The notes: generated by a model not told the origin, from the letters alone. DNA of 64,000 nt from an uncultured Planctomycetota bacterium (GCA_963845755.1 CAWJTV010000011.1:1152001-1216000); one strand, 5' to 3'; counted from the stretch's first letter, positions 46,528 to 57,513 are shown. Program-made: numbers and translations.

Positions 46528-47703
46528 TCACTGGCCGGCATGGAAGGTCAAGGTGAGGCTCCCCTCGGCGGCCGACGGGTCCACCGCGCCCCCGGTCACG
46601 GTGCCCTCGACCGACTGATCGGCGAGGGTCAGGTTGACGTCGACCGTCCCGGTCCCCTCGGCGTCGCGATAGACTCCCGTCCCGCCATGGACCTTGTAAG
46701 TCAGGGCGACGGACGACGTCAGGTCGCTGAACGGCACCGCGGTATCGGCGGGACCGTGAACGACCAGCTCGACACGGCCGTTTGGCGTGTTGATGTCGAG
46801 CGTGCCGCCGGTGTTCCGGATCGACACATTCGAGATCGCCGAGATAATGCCCCCCACCGTCGGGTTGTTGGCCGGGGCGTTCGGAATGCCCTGCTGTGCG
46901 GCCCTGGTGAAGTCGAGCGCCCAGTTGTGCGGGCTGTTGGCGCTGGGTTCCAAAGGCGCGCCGTCCTGCGGGTCGAAGGTGATGGTCCCGCTCTCGGGCA
47001 GCAGGACGGGCGCCTCCGCGGTGCCGCCGATCGAGACCTGCCTGCCGCTGAGCGACACGTCGAGGCCCGTTCCCGGGGCCGTGGCCGGCTGGATGGAGGT
47101 GAAGAGTGCGGCGGGGCCAGCATTCGGCACGGGCACCACCTGGATGGAACGGACGGCGAATCCCTGATTGAGCGCAACGATCAGGCCGTTGCCGGCACCG
47201 GCTTGTAAGACGGTCGTGCGCAGGGTCATCGCATGCGGCGGTTCGGAGAAAAACGCGCCGGGACCTCCGAGCGTGTCGCCCGCGGCGAAGGCCGTGACCT
47301 GGGAATCCAGCCCGCGGTCGCGCGAGGCCGCCGGGGTGACGGTCACGTCGTACGTGCCCGGGGGCACGTCGAGCTCGAAATCGCCGCTCCGGCCGGTCGC
47401 CACGCCGTCCCGGATCGTGATCTTGCCCGGATTCGAGAGCCAACCGTAACCGAGCCCCGCGGAATACGATGCGTCCGGGAGCACGAGCGTCCCGGCCGAG
47501 GCCGTCGCCTCACCGAATCGCACCGTCAACGTCGGCGTGAGTCCTTGCCGAGCCTGCTCACCGAACGCCGCCAGCGCCGCGAGATTGCTCGCCGGGGCAC
47601 CGGCAGACGCCACTGCGGCGGACGCCGCGCCCGACCCGCTCAGCACCACGCGTTCTTCCAACCCCAGGCTGTCGGGCCGGACCCTGCGACGACGTCTCGT
47701 CAT
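46528..47703 (-). CDS. LEPR-XLL-type exported beta-rich hypothetical protein (family B)
   Basis: MTRRRRRVRPDSLGLEERVVLS; YSAGLGYGW...FELDVPPGTYDVTV; C-terminal YKVHGGTGVYRDAEGTGTV. Confidence 0.78.
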   Translation of the reverse strand: MTRRRRRVRPDSLGLEERVVLSGSGAASAAVASAGAPASNLAALAAFGEQARQGLTPTLTVRFGEATASAGTLVLPDASYSAGLGYGWLSNPGKITIRDGVATGRSGDFELDVPPGTYDVTVTPAASRDRGLDSQVTAFAAGDTLGGPGAFFSEPPHAMTLRTTVLQAGAGNGLIVALNQGFAVRSIQVVPVPNAGPAALFTSIQPATAPGTGLDVSLSGRQVSIGGTAEAPVLLPESGTITFDPQDGAPLEPSANSPHNWALDFTRAAQQGIPNAPANNPTVGGIISAISNVSIRNTGGTLDINTPNGRVELVVHGPADTAVPFSDLTSSVALTYKVHGGTGVYRDAEGTGTVDVNLTLADQSVEGTVTGGAVDPSAAEGSLTLTFHAGQ

Positions 47704-47745
47704 CCCTGACTCCTTTCCCGAGCATCCAACCTCAGGGTTAAGCGC

Positions 47746-50719
47746 TCACCTGGATCGATTGCCACGTAAGATCGAGCCTCGCGATTCGACGGCGACCGTC
47801 CCGCGGCCGACGATCCGGGCCACGTCCCACACCAGGGCCGTGGCGTCCTCGCTGGCCGAGACCAGCCGCCGGCCGTCGGGGGAGAAGGCCAGAGCGGTGA
47901 GGGACGAGCAATGCGCCGGGACACGGCCAATTTCCTGGCGCACCGCCACGTCCCAGAGCCGGATCGCCAGCTCCCGCCCTGGCAAGCGGCCTGGACTGAT
48001 ATCGACGCCCGTGGCGAGGATCGTGCCGTCGGGCGAGAACGCCAGGGCTTTGAGCCGGTTCTTGGGTCCGTCGATGTGGGCGAGCACGCGGCCCGAGGCG
48101 ACCTCCAGCAGGAAGATCAGGCCGTCGCGGGTGCTGCTGACCGCCACGAGCTTGCCGTCATGCGAATACGCGAGCTGGGCGCCGGTCGTGCTGAAGCCGT
48201 CGATCGGCCCCTTGTTGGGCAGCGCGACCCGGCGCGTCTCCTTCGCGGTGGCCACATCCCAGAACCGGACCCAGTCGCCGCCGACGGTGGCCACCGACTT
48301 TCCGTCGGGCGCGAACCGCAGCGCCTTGACCAGCGCGGGGCCGGGCCGCGACTGCGCCACGCCGTCCCTCCGCGTGCCGGTGGCCGTATCCCAGAAGATC
48401 ACGCCGTCGTTCGCCGAGGCGGCCAGCGTCGTGCCGTCTGGCGCGAGCTCGGCGCAGGAGACAAATCGATTATCGAGCTTACCGGGCAATTGGAACCGGC
48501 GCAGCTCGCGACCGGAGGCCACGTCCCAGAGCCGGGTGGACTCGAAACCGTAGCCGGTCGCCAGGGTCTTGCCATCGGCCGAGAACGACGCGAACCCGAG
48601 GCCATCGCCGCTTTTCGCGAACTGGCGGATTTCCCTGCCGGTCGCCGGGTCCCAGAAGCGGATCGTCCGGTCCTGGCCGACGGTCACGATCGATCGGCCA
48701 TCGGGCGCGAAGGCTGCGTCGCGGATCGATGAGCGATGGCCCGATTGGGGCTCGAGTTCCCGATGGCTGGCCACGTCCCAGAGCCGGAGGACGTGCCCGC
48801 CCGCCGTGGCTAGGGTCCCGCCATCGGGCGAGAACGTGCAGGCGAGCGAGCCGTAGTCCGTCTCCCAACGGCCCAGCTCCCGCCCCGTGGCCGTCTCCCA
48901 GACCTGGATCGGCCCGATCAAGGGCAGGCTCTCGCCGGGGGTCGGGAAATCGGGGCCGACCGCTTCCGTGGCCGCCAGCTTCCTGCCGTCGCGCGAGAAC
49001 GCGAGGCCCTGCGGCTCCGCGTCGCCCGTTCCGAATCGGCGGATTTCCTGGCCCGTGGCAACGTCCCAGAGCCGGACCGTCTTGTCGGTCGCCGATGTGG
49101 CCAGGGTGTTCCCGTCGGGCGCGAGCACGGCCCGGTTGACTCGCGTGTTGCCCATCGCGATGCGGCGGACCTCTTTCCCAGTGGCGACGTCCCAGAGATG
49201 GATCGCGCTCTCCTCCGACTGCGGCGCTGGCGGGGTGCGTCGGCCTGGCCGGGGTCGCTCCGGTCTTTGCTCGAACGCGACGGAGATCAAGATCTTCCCA
49301 TCGGGCACGAACGCCAGCGCCACCGCCGACGGCGGGCAATCGATGTGCCGGATCACCCGTCCCGAGGCAACGTCCCAGAGGGTGATGACTTCCTTCTGAT
49401 TTTCGTCGTAATGGCCCGCCGCGAACCTCTGTCCGTCCGTTGAGAAGGCCAGGCAGTGCGGCGGGCCTTTGCCCGCGAATTGCCGGATCAAGCGGCCGGT
49501 CGTTACGTCATACAGGCCCGTCCCGAAATCGGCCTGCACGGCCAGCGAACGGCCGTCGGGGGCATAAGCGAACTGGACCGACCCGTTGCCGTGGCCCACC
49601 CCGGTCTCGACGTGTTGTCGGAGTCGTCCCGTCGCGGGATCCCAGAGGTGCAGGCGCCGTCGAACGAGGCCAGCGTCCTACCATCAGGGGAGTAGCTCAC
49701 GTGGGTCACGCCGTTTTCGTGCAGGAAGCGCGTGGAACCCAGGCGAGCCAGGGCGCCATCGGGAAGCGGGTCGCCGAGCAGGTCGGTCGGCGCCGGCGGG
49801 CGCACAGGCTGGATCTTCACGATGGGTGTTCGCTCTCCGGAGAGCTTCGTTTTGCCTCGATAGACGAGCAGGGCCGCGCCGCTGGCGACGACCGCGATCA
49901 GCACCAGGGGCGCTGCCCACTGGACCAATCGCGTGAGGGCCATTTTTCGGAGCACGGCCTGAAGCAAAAGCGCCGCGGTGCGCGACAAGGCCCCGGCCGC
50001 CGCGGAGCCGATTGCGGCCTTGATCGTGGCTTCTCGCAAGGCGGCTGGGATCGCCGCGGTCGCCGTTTCGCGGAGCGAATCGACGGCAACGATTCCAGCG
50101 GAAAGGGCCAGCCCGCGACGGGTCAGCCGGGTGCGCAGGAGGTCCCGCGCCCGAGCAATCCGGCCGCGGACCGTCCCCACCGGCCAGCCCAGCTCGCAGG
50201 CGGCCTGGTCCTGGGTCATCCCCTCGAGGTAGCAGAGCACGATTCACGCCCGGTATTTGGCGGGCAATCGGGCGATCTCCTCATGGAGCACGGGCGAGAG
50301 ATCCGAGGAATCTCCCGCGGGTTCGCCCGACATCGCCACCACCTCCGCCGCCCGCGATTCATGCGCGCGGCGCCGCCTGGCCGCGGTCCTGGCTTTCAGG
50401 GCCACGCGATGGGCCACGCCGTGCAGCCAGCTCCCAATCGATTTCTGCTTTCGGATCGACCCGGCCTTGCGGGCCAGCACCAGGAAGGTCACCTGAAAGG
50501 CATCCTCGGCATCGTGGTCGTCCTGGAGGACGCTCCGGCAGACGCGCAGGACCATCGGCCCGTGGCGATCCACCAGGCGCGGAAGGCCGCCTCGCCGGCT
50601 TCCTCGCGCCCGGCGACGAACCGCTCCAGCAACGGGGCGTCCGACAGCCCCCCGAGAGTCCCGATCTGGAACAGCGCCTCGAGCTGTCTGGAGAGGTCGC
50701 CCGATCGTCCACTCGCCAT
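47746..50719 (-). CDS. planctomycete ECF sigma-70 factor with TM helix and C-terminal WD40 repeats (frameshifted)
   Basis: GTLGGLSDAPLLERF, RHGPMVLRVCR, DAEDAFQVTFLVLARKA, WLHGVA, LHEEIARLP.KYR, LCYLEG, GTVRGR; DLLGDPLPDGALARLG; ~10 WD40 repeats. Confidence 0.92.
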
Positions 50720-50766
50720 GCCGCCGTCACTCCGTTGACGAAGCCTGAACACCTCGTTCTGGCCAG

Positions 50767-50797
50767 AGTAGTGCCCGTCCAGAGTGCCAACTATACA
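50767..50797 (-). promoter_or_regulatory. candidate ECF promoter, copy 1
   Basis: Minus strand TGTAT-N16-GGGCACTACT, 48 nt upstream of the ECF start; same motif and spacing at 52665-52695. Confidence 0.6.
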
Positions 50798-50935
50798 CTT
50801 TCTTCGGAATTCGGGCTTGATTGAGATTGCAATCGCTCGGGCTGGGATCACTTCGAACCGATGGTGATTACTCAAACCCAGGAGTTCCAAAGGTGTTCGG
50901 ACGAACGGTCCCCCTCATGCTTCAAATTTCCCATC

Positions 50936-52504
50936 TCACTCGATGGCGAATGTCGCCTTGCCGGAAACCTTGGGATCATTGGCCTGGGTAACCTGGATGC
51001 TCTCGGCGCCGGCCTTTTCGAAGGTGACCGCGTTCACGAAGATGTGCGATCCCTGATCGGCCGGCGTGAACGTGTACGACTGAGGCGTGAACTTCGCGAA
51101 TCCCGGGGCGTCGGCCGGCGGCTCGGCGATCTTGAGGCTGGCATACACCGAGGCCGGGTAATTCGTCCGGGAATCGGTGGGGCTGGTGATCGCGACCGTG
51201 CCGGTGTAATTGGTCAGGGGTTGCCCCTGGGCGTCGAGCGCCGTGACCTGAAAGCTCAACGGCTCACCCGGCTGACCGTCAGGGACCACGGGCGTCACTC
51301 GGAACGAAGCGGTCGTCAACGGCGTGACCGTGATGGTGATGGGAGCCGAAGTGCTCCTGGCGAAACGGTTGGTGTTCGGTTGGTAGACGGCCTGGATCCG
51401 ATAGTTGCCGGCCTTTTGCAACTGATTGTTCGTGAAACTGACCGGCTGGTCGAACGCATTGACCGCGGCCTTGCCCAGCACGATGGAGTGGGGAGACACT
51501 GTCGTCAACTCCACGGTCCCGCCGGCCAGGCTGCTGTTGGCGTTCTGGACGGTCGCGCTCAGCGTGACGCCCTCTCCCGTTTCGAGGCTGTTGGTCGAAG
51601 CCTGGAGGCTGGTGACGGTGGGGGCGTTCTGCGTCCGGGGCGTGATTGTCACGGTCAGGGGAGCCGAGGTGCTGGCGGTGAAATCGGCGTTGGTGGGCAT
51701 GAATCGGGCGACGAGCCGGTAGGAACCGAGGTCCTTCAGTTTGTTGGTCAGGGTGGCGATTCGCGTCTTCCCGCTGGCCGTGCTCTGCTGGTTCGAAAGG
51801 CCGAAGATCGACTCGATGGCCGGGAGGATCGGGTTGGTCGAGGCCTTCGGCGGGTTGATGGCGGCTTCACCCAGAAGGATGTGATGAGAAGAATCGGTGT
51901 AGATCTGGACGATCCCACTGATGGGCAGCACTTTGCCGGCATCGACCTGGTTGCCCGAGCCCGCATCCTTCACGGTCGCGAGCAGCGGGATCCTCTGACC
52001 ACTCTCGGTGCTCGTGGCCCCGGATTCGAGCGTGATGACGGTAGGGACATGGAGCGGCTGCGGGATCACCTTCACGGTGACGGGGCTTGCCGCGCTCGCG
52101 GAGACCCCGGCATTGCTTGGGGCGTACTCGGCCTTGATCTGGTAATTGGCGAGCTTGGTGAGCTGGTCGGTCGAAATGCTGGCGCGGCCCTGTGGGTTCA
52201 CTCCAGTGACGCCCAGCACCATCCGCTGGGCTGCCTCGACCACGAAGGTGACCTTGCCCGAAGAGATCGGAGCGTCGTTCGCGGCGTTCTCCACACTCGC
52301 GGTGAATGTGACGTTCGCGCCCGTCACGGCGGTGGGTAATGACGTCTGCAAACTTGTGATGGAGGCCACCTTCGCGTGGGACGCCGCGGGCGCGGCCCCC
52401 GTCACGCTGAGCAGGGTCCGTCCTTCGAGGAGTTCCAGGTCATGCCGCGCGGGCGCCGGGCGTCGATGCGAGTTTCGGCTCCAGAATCGCGCAAGAGACG
52501 ACAT
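50936..52504 (-). CDS. LEPR-XLL-type exported protein with bacterial Ig-like repeats
   Basis: RRPAPARHDLELLEGRTLLS; three T.TSL...G..VT..A.V...G.V...Y.I.A.Y.P...S.S.P.T units; NYTGTV.ITSPTD, YTFTPADQG. Confidence 0.85.
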   Translation of the reverse strand: MSSLARFWSRNSHRRPAPARHDLELLEGRTLLSVTGAAPAASHAKVASITSLQTSLPTAVTGANVTFTASVENAANDAPISSGKVTFVVEAAQRMVLGVTGVNPQGRASISTDQLTKLANYQIKAEYAPSNAGVSASAASPVTVKVIPQPLHVPTVITLESGATSTESGQRIPLLATVKDAGSGNQVDAGKVLPISGIVQIYTDSSHHILLGEAAINPPKASTNPILPAIESIFGLSNQQSTASGKTRIATLTNKLKDLGSYRLVARFMPTNADFTASTSAPLTVTITPRTQNAPTVTSLQASTNSLETGEGVTLSATVQNANSSLAGGTVELTTVSPHSIVLGKAAVNAFDQPVSFTNNQLQKAGNYRIQAVYQPNTNRFARSTSAPITITVTPLTTASFRVTPVVPDGQPGEPLSFQVTALDAQGQPLTNYTGTVAITSPTDSRTNYPASVYASLKIAEPPADAPGFAKFTPQSYTFTPADQGSHIFVNAVTFEKAGAESIQVTQANDPKVSGKATFAIE

Positions 52505-52664
52505 CACTCCCTCCGCGGAATACGACGACGAGATCGGTGGCGCCCGGATGCCGGAACGTTTCGGTTCCATTCGTACGCACGACCGTGCCTCGCGGTTCGG
52601 AGGCTGCCGGTTCGACGAACACGGGTCGGTCGCGCGCGTTCCGCGTGCCAGGCAACGCGTCGGT

Positions 52665-52695
52665 AGTAGTGCCCGCCCGGACGGCAGCCACTACA
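52665..52695 (-). promoter_or_regulatory. candidate ECF promoter, copy 2
   Basis: Minus strand TGTAG-N16-GGGCACTACT upstream of the Ig-like gene. Confidence 0.6.
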
Positions 52696-52862
52696 ACTTT
52701 CCCGCGGATTCGGAGAAGACGTTCCTCAGCCGTGGCCGGGAGCCCCGAAGCCGCGCGCTCGCGATGATGGCCTTGTCATCATCGCAAGGTCTGCGTATTC
52801 TCTGGAATGTTTGAGCCAGGAAACCAGGAGGGGCATCTCGGACCCGACATGGAGGTCACCCG

Positions 52863-53905
52863 ATGAGATGGCAACAGGTTCGCGCGCGGATCGGGCCGCG
52901 GCAAGAACGCGGCTTCACCTTGATCGAGCTGCTGGTCGCCGTGGCGATCATCGGCATCCTGATCGCGCTGTTGCTCCCCGCGGTACAAATGGCGCGCGAG
53001 GCGGCGCGGCGGCTCCAGTGCACCAATAACCTGAAGCAGCTCGGCCTGGCGGTGGCCGGGTATGAGTCGGTCAACGGCTGCCTGCCGCCCGGCTCGCTGC
53101 GCGCAGCTCGCCAGTGTACCTGTATGGTCCGGATGAGGACTTCAGCGTATTCGTACGCCTCCTCCCCATGTTGGAACAGCAGACCACCTACAACGCCACC
53201 AACTTCAGCCTGACGGCCTACGACATTCAGAACAGCACGCTCTGCGCAACGGGTATCGCAACGCTCTGGTGCCCGAGCGACTCTGGCATCACTACGACTC
53301 AAATCGGTTGGACGAGCGGCCCGGTCTGGGGCTCCAGTTACGCGGCCGTGTCGGGCCCGTGGGAGTGGGACGAGTTCTTCCTCGTTCCCGGCACGTTCGA
53401 CCAGATCATCCCTGGCCAGGTCCAGCGGATCGCCCAGCTCGGGCTGATCTACCCGCTCAGCTCGGTACGCCTGGCGCAGGTCACCGACGGCTTGAGCAAT
53501 ACGCTCGTTTTTGGCGAAACGGACTTCACCACCTGGTACACCCAGTGGACCGTGGGCGACGGCTACGACACCCTGGTCGGCACCACCGCGCCGCCGAACG
53601 TGAACGGGCCGGTCTTACCGGGCTGGCAGCCGATGAGCATGTACAGCCTCCATCCCGGCGGGGTCAACTGCACGTTCGGCGACGGCTCGGTCAAGTTCAT
53701 CAAGAATGCGATCGACTCCTGGCCGTACGACCCGAATCTGCAATGGACTCCCAGCCTGGGCTGGTCGCCGGTCTTCAACATCGCGTACGGCCCCTATACC
53801 ATCCCCGAACAGGTCCCTTACATCCTCCCCGGCGCGAAGGTCGGGGTCTGGCAGGCGCTCTCGACTCGCGGCGGAGGCGAATGCTTCAGCGCCGACGCGT
53901 ATTGA
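52863..53905 (+). CDS. DUF1559 prepilin-like protein (frameshift near 53105)
   Basis: [86 protein letters not shown]. Confidence 0.93.
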
Positions 53906-53938
53906 GCGTGCAGACCGGCCCAGCCGTGACACAATCGA

Positions 53939-54598
53939 TCAATCCTTGAGAAAATCGTTCAACCTGGCCGTCGTAGTAGACGGCCAATGGATTGCGATCG
54001 GTCGCGCCGGGGCCCAGGTCGGTATTGGGGGTCGGGCCCTGTCGGTGTCGAATGACCGCCTGGTCGCGCGCGAGCGCGGACCCTAATTGCGGCGGGACAT
54101 GGGCCTCCCTGGCGATCACCTCCATCTGGGCGATCGACTGGCTGACGAATTGCTCCGCGCCGGGCGCGGAGGAGATGTAACTCGTCAAGAGTGCCCGCTG
54201 GCCGCGGGCCCAACGCGCAAGATCGGCGGTGTTCCCCGTGAACGCCGTATCGACCACGTCCTCCACCTCGTTCATGGCGCCTCGCGCGGATCCGTACCGA
54301 GGTTGGCGGAGTCGATCGCCTGATCGATGTCCGCCTCGTCCTGGGCCAGCGCGCTGACCGCAGCCTGGGTGACCTGCGAGTGACTCTCGGCTTTCGCCAG
54401 GTCGCTCTGGAACTTCGCGAACGTCAAGGGAACCATGGCGTTTAGGTCCGTCGCGGCGTTCGCCACCGCGGTGGCCGGCGGTGTCGCGAGCGCGACCGCC
54501 GGCACCGTTGACAGGAGCTGCCGGCCGTCGAGCGGCTCGCACGCGGGGCTCAATTTGGTCCGCGACCTTCGTCGTCCGTTTCGCGTTGAACGATCCAT
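53939..54598 (-). CDS. paralog family A copy 2 (frameshifted; 3' end inferred)
   Basis: CEPLDGRQLLS, FAKFQSDLAKAESHSQVTQAAVSALAQDE, PNTDLGPGATDRNPLAVYYDGQV. Confidence 0.75.
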
Positions 54599-54615
54599 CG
54601 TCTCACCTCGGTCTC

Positions 54616-54690
54616 GTAGGTCAGGTTTTCCAGCCTGACAAAAGACGGGCGTCAGGCTGGAAAGCCTGACCGACTTAAAGCCTGACCTAC
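54616..54690. repeat. REP-like inverted pair, type A, with a partial third arm
   Basis: GTAGGTCAGGTTTTCCAGCCTGAC ... GTCAGGCTGGAAAGCCTGACCGAC ... AAAGCCTGACCTAC. Confidence 0.88.
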
Positions 54691-54932
54691 TGGAAGCTCA
54701 GGGTGACCGTGCCGGCGACATCCGCCGGCTCCAGCACGCCGTAGTTCACGATGCCTTCGATCGATTCGCCGGTCGGCGTGAAGGTCATGGTGACGGTTCC
54801 GCTTCCCGTGGCCCCGCGATACGCCCCGGGCCCGGCGCGCACCGTGTAATTGAAGTTGGCGACCGCGCTCAAGACCACTCGCCCCTCCGGGGCCTCGAGC
54901 GACCGGGGCCCGAACCCGCGCCGACGGTTCAA
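54687..54932 (-). CDS. 81-aa LEPR-XLL-type mini-protein resembling the C-terminus of family B
   Basis: GGGAG + TTG; SLEAPEGRVVLS directly followed by FNYTVRAGPGAYRGATGSGTVTMTF...VTLSFQ. Confidence 0.6.
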   Translation of the reverse strand: MNRRRGFGPRSLEAPEGRVVLSAVANFNYTVRAGPGAYRGATGSGTVTMTFTPTGESIEGIVNYGVLEPADVAGTVTLSFQ

Positions 54933-55037
54933 CGTTCTTGCTCCCAGTACGAACCGGATGAAAAGGCTGACGCGACGGTTGAGTTGAGGTGGAAGCGAGT
55001 GGAGCAGCGCGCCGTCGCATCCGACGAGATGGCACCA

Positions 55038-55730
55038 TCATTTCACGAAGTTGACGGCCTGCCCGTTAAAGTACACTTCCAGCGGATCGCGATTGGTGGC
55101 TCCGGGGCCGAGATCCGTATCGGGCTTCGGCCCCAAGGCGGTCTCCAGGAGGGACCAGTCTGTTGAAAGGGCGTCGTGCAGTTGCGGTGAGACCCTGGCC
55201 GCCCGGGCAACCACCTGCATCTGCGCGATCGTCTCATGGACGAGCTGAGTCCCGCCTGGCACGCCGGTGACGTAGGCGTCTAGAGACGCCCGTTTGCTGG
55301 CCACCTCGGACGGCGTGTCCTTGAGCGCGTCGTTGACCACGTCCTGGAGATTGAGATTGCCCAGCGAGGTCTGGGGATGAAGACCGGCGGACTGGATCAT
55401 CTGGTTCAGGGCCACCTCGTCCTGGGCGAGCGCGTTGATCTGGGCGGCGCTCACGCGCGAGTGACTCTCCGCTTTCGCCAGGTCGTTCTCGAAGTGGGCG
55501 AAAGCCGTCGGCTGGAGGGAATCCAGGATCGCGGCGGCATTCGCCACCGCGGCGGACGGAGGAGCCAGGCTGCCGAGCGCCGTGGCCGATACAACAGCCG
55601 TCAAGAGCTGCCGGCCGTCGAGCGACTCGCACTCGGGGCGAAGCGTCATCCGCGGTCGTCGCCGCGCGCTCCGTGTGATGCTGGCCTCGCCATTCCCAAA
55701 CGGGGCGCCCTGCCGCCGCGAACGATCCAT
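55038..55730 (-). CDS. paralog family A copy 3
   Basis: CESLDGRQLLT, FENDLAKAESHSRVSAAQINALAQDE, PDTDLGPGATNRDPLEVYFNGQAVNFVK. Confidence 0.82.
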   Translation of the reverse strand: MDRSRRQGAPFGNGEASITRSARRRPRMTLRPECESLDGRQLLTAVVSATALGSLAPPSAAVANAAAILDSLQPTAFAHFENDLAKAESHSRVSAAQINALAQDEVALNQMIQSAGLHPQTSLGNLNLQDVVNDALKDTPSEVASKRASLDAYVTGVPGGTQLVHETIAQMQVVARAARVSPQLHDALSTDWSLLETALGPKPDTDLGPGATNRDPLEVYFNGQAVNFVK

Positions 55731-56188
55731 CGCCCTGCCTCCGTGCATGCCATTGTGCTGGTCAGCCGTGACACACCGACAGGTTCCGGCATCGCCGTCA
55801 TAAACTCCCGCCGGAATTCCACCAAGACGCATTTCACTGGTTTTCCCGAGGATACCGACCCGACGCGCCGGCGAGATCCGCTGTAAGTCCTTGGAGCAAA
55901 ACGGAAAAACCATCGCTTGCGGTCGGGCTGGTATCCCGGGGTTGGCCACGAAGAGGCTTCCGTGCTGGCGAGATGCTGATCGAGGTGTTTGGAAGACCTT
56001 ACGTGTCCAGCATCTGATACGACGGTCGTTCGGGGAATGGTTTCGAAAAATGTCCCCGCGAAGAGTCCTGGACGATGATCGCAAGGATCGAGGTCGTGAG
56101 CATTCCGCGGTTTGTGGGGACAACCGAGCCTGATTTCACCCACCCGACAAGTCCTCGATGTAACGTCCCGTGAATTCGTTCGCTGTCG

Positions 56189-57052
56189 TCACCTCGATCG
56201 TTTTCGGCAGCCGGCCGTCAACACGGTGACTCCGGTAACCAGGATCACCAAGCTGGAGGGCTCAGGAACGGTCTGGCCGGAAAGCGAGAACGCGGCGTTG
56301 AACTGCGGGGGCGTCGTTCCTCCGACGATGTCGGTCCCGACCCGAAGCCAGTCCGGGGCCAAGTCTTCATTGCGAATCCAGGTCTGGAGGTCGGGCGAAA
56401 ATGGCGTCCCCGGCGGCGACCCACCGGCGTCGATGGGCTTGGGCGCCGAGAGCCAGAAGAAATCACCGTTCGTCAACTGGACCTGGGGGACGAAGAAGTA
56501 GTGGTCGGCGGCCAGCAAGAACGGCGTCGAGAAATCGACGCTGAACTTGACCTCTTGCCCCGTGACGGAGCCGTCGCCTCCGGTCGTCTGGCCCGGGAAC
56601 GGGTGGATGCCGTTGAGAACCGAGTTGGCGGCGGTAAAGGAGGTGTTGGCGATCGACGTTGTGAACGTGAGACTATTCGCGGACGCGCTCCGGTCGGCGA
56701 ATTCGACGTCCGAGGGCGAGTTGATCCGCGACGGCACATTGCCCGACGGGGGAAAGCTGGAATCCTTGGGGAACACCCGATAGATCTCGATACGGACGTC
56801 CATGATGTCCGAGCCCGAGGCGCCCGTGGGAATGAGCCCCGTGAAGGTGGCGCCGGTGAGCCTCGTCGTAGACGTCAGGGGGAAATCGTCAGCCGACTCA
56901 ATCTCGATCTTGCCGGCCGCATCTGGCCGCGAGGCCATCGCCATCTTCCCGTCCGGGTCGTTCGTGGTAAAGACGAAAGAGTCGGCCGAGGCGGGATTGG
57001 TCAGCAAGGCCGCGACGGCCGCCAGGACGGCCATCCGCAGAAATGCTTTCAT
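56189..57052 (-). CDS. PEP-CTERM sorting-domain protein
   Basis: Signal peptide ending ASA; C-terminal VPEPSSLVILVTGVTVLTAGCRKRSR; AAGGAG RBS. Confidence 0.92.
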   Translation of the reverse strand: MKAFLRMAVLAAVAALLTNPASADSFVFTTNDPDGKMAMASRPDAAGKIEIESADDFPLTSTTRLTGATFTGLIPTGASGSDIMDVRIEIYRVFPKDSSFPPSGNVPSRINSPSDVEFADRSASANSLTFTTSIANTSFTAANSVLNGIHPFPGQTTGGDGSVTGQEVKFSVDFSTPFLLAADHYFFVPQVQLTNGDFFWLSAPKPIDAGGSPPGTPFSPDLQTWIRNEDLAPDWLRVGTDIVGGTTPPQFNAAFSLSGQTVPEPSSLVILVTGVTVLTAGCRKRSR

Positions 57053-57513
57053 GATGTGTCTCCTTGTTGTAAGGAATCACTCGTTCGAACGGAGGTACTC
57101 TCGAGGTTTTCGATCCTTGCGACGATGCCTCTACGAAGGCGAGTCTCAGGTTTTTTCGCATCGCCATTCGTCAAAGCCTCGCACGACGAGGCCTTGACCA
57201 GGTGCCGGGCGCCGCGGTCCATGACACCATTGCCCGAGGTTGCGCAGGCGATGTGAGGCGAGTGCATACCGTCCTCGGTATGCCCCTTCATTTCGCATTC
57301 ATCGACTCGGGTTGTCCCGTATTGTCACTGCAGAGTCGGACGACCCCGGAGTGCCACCGACTCACGGTGATCACCATCGGTCGTCGGACCGGATATGAAA
57401 TCGCCGAGCACCCTGAAGAGATCGCAATTCGACGCCCCGACCAGACACGAAATCGCGAATCTCCCTGAAACCTCGATGATGCGAGAGGTCATGTGGAGGT
57501 GGTCCACCTCTTA

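Noticed and set aside
52635..52650. sigma54-like TGGCACGCGGAACGCG on the minus strand
   Set aside because: The spacing fits but the TT of the -12 box is missing; too weak given the GC content.
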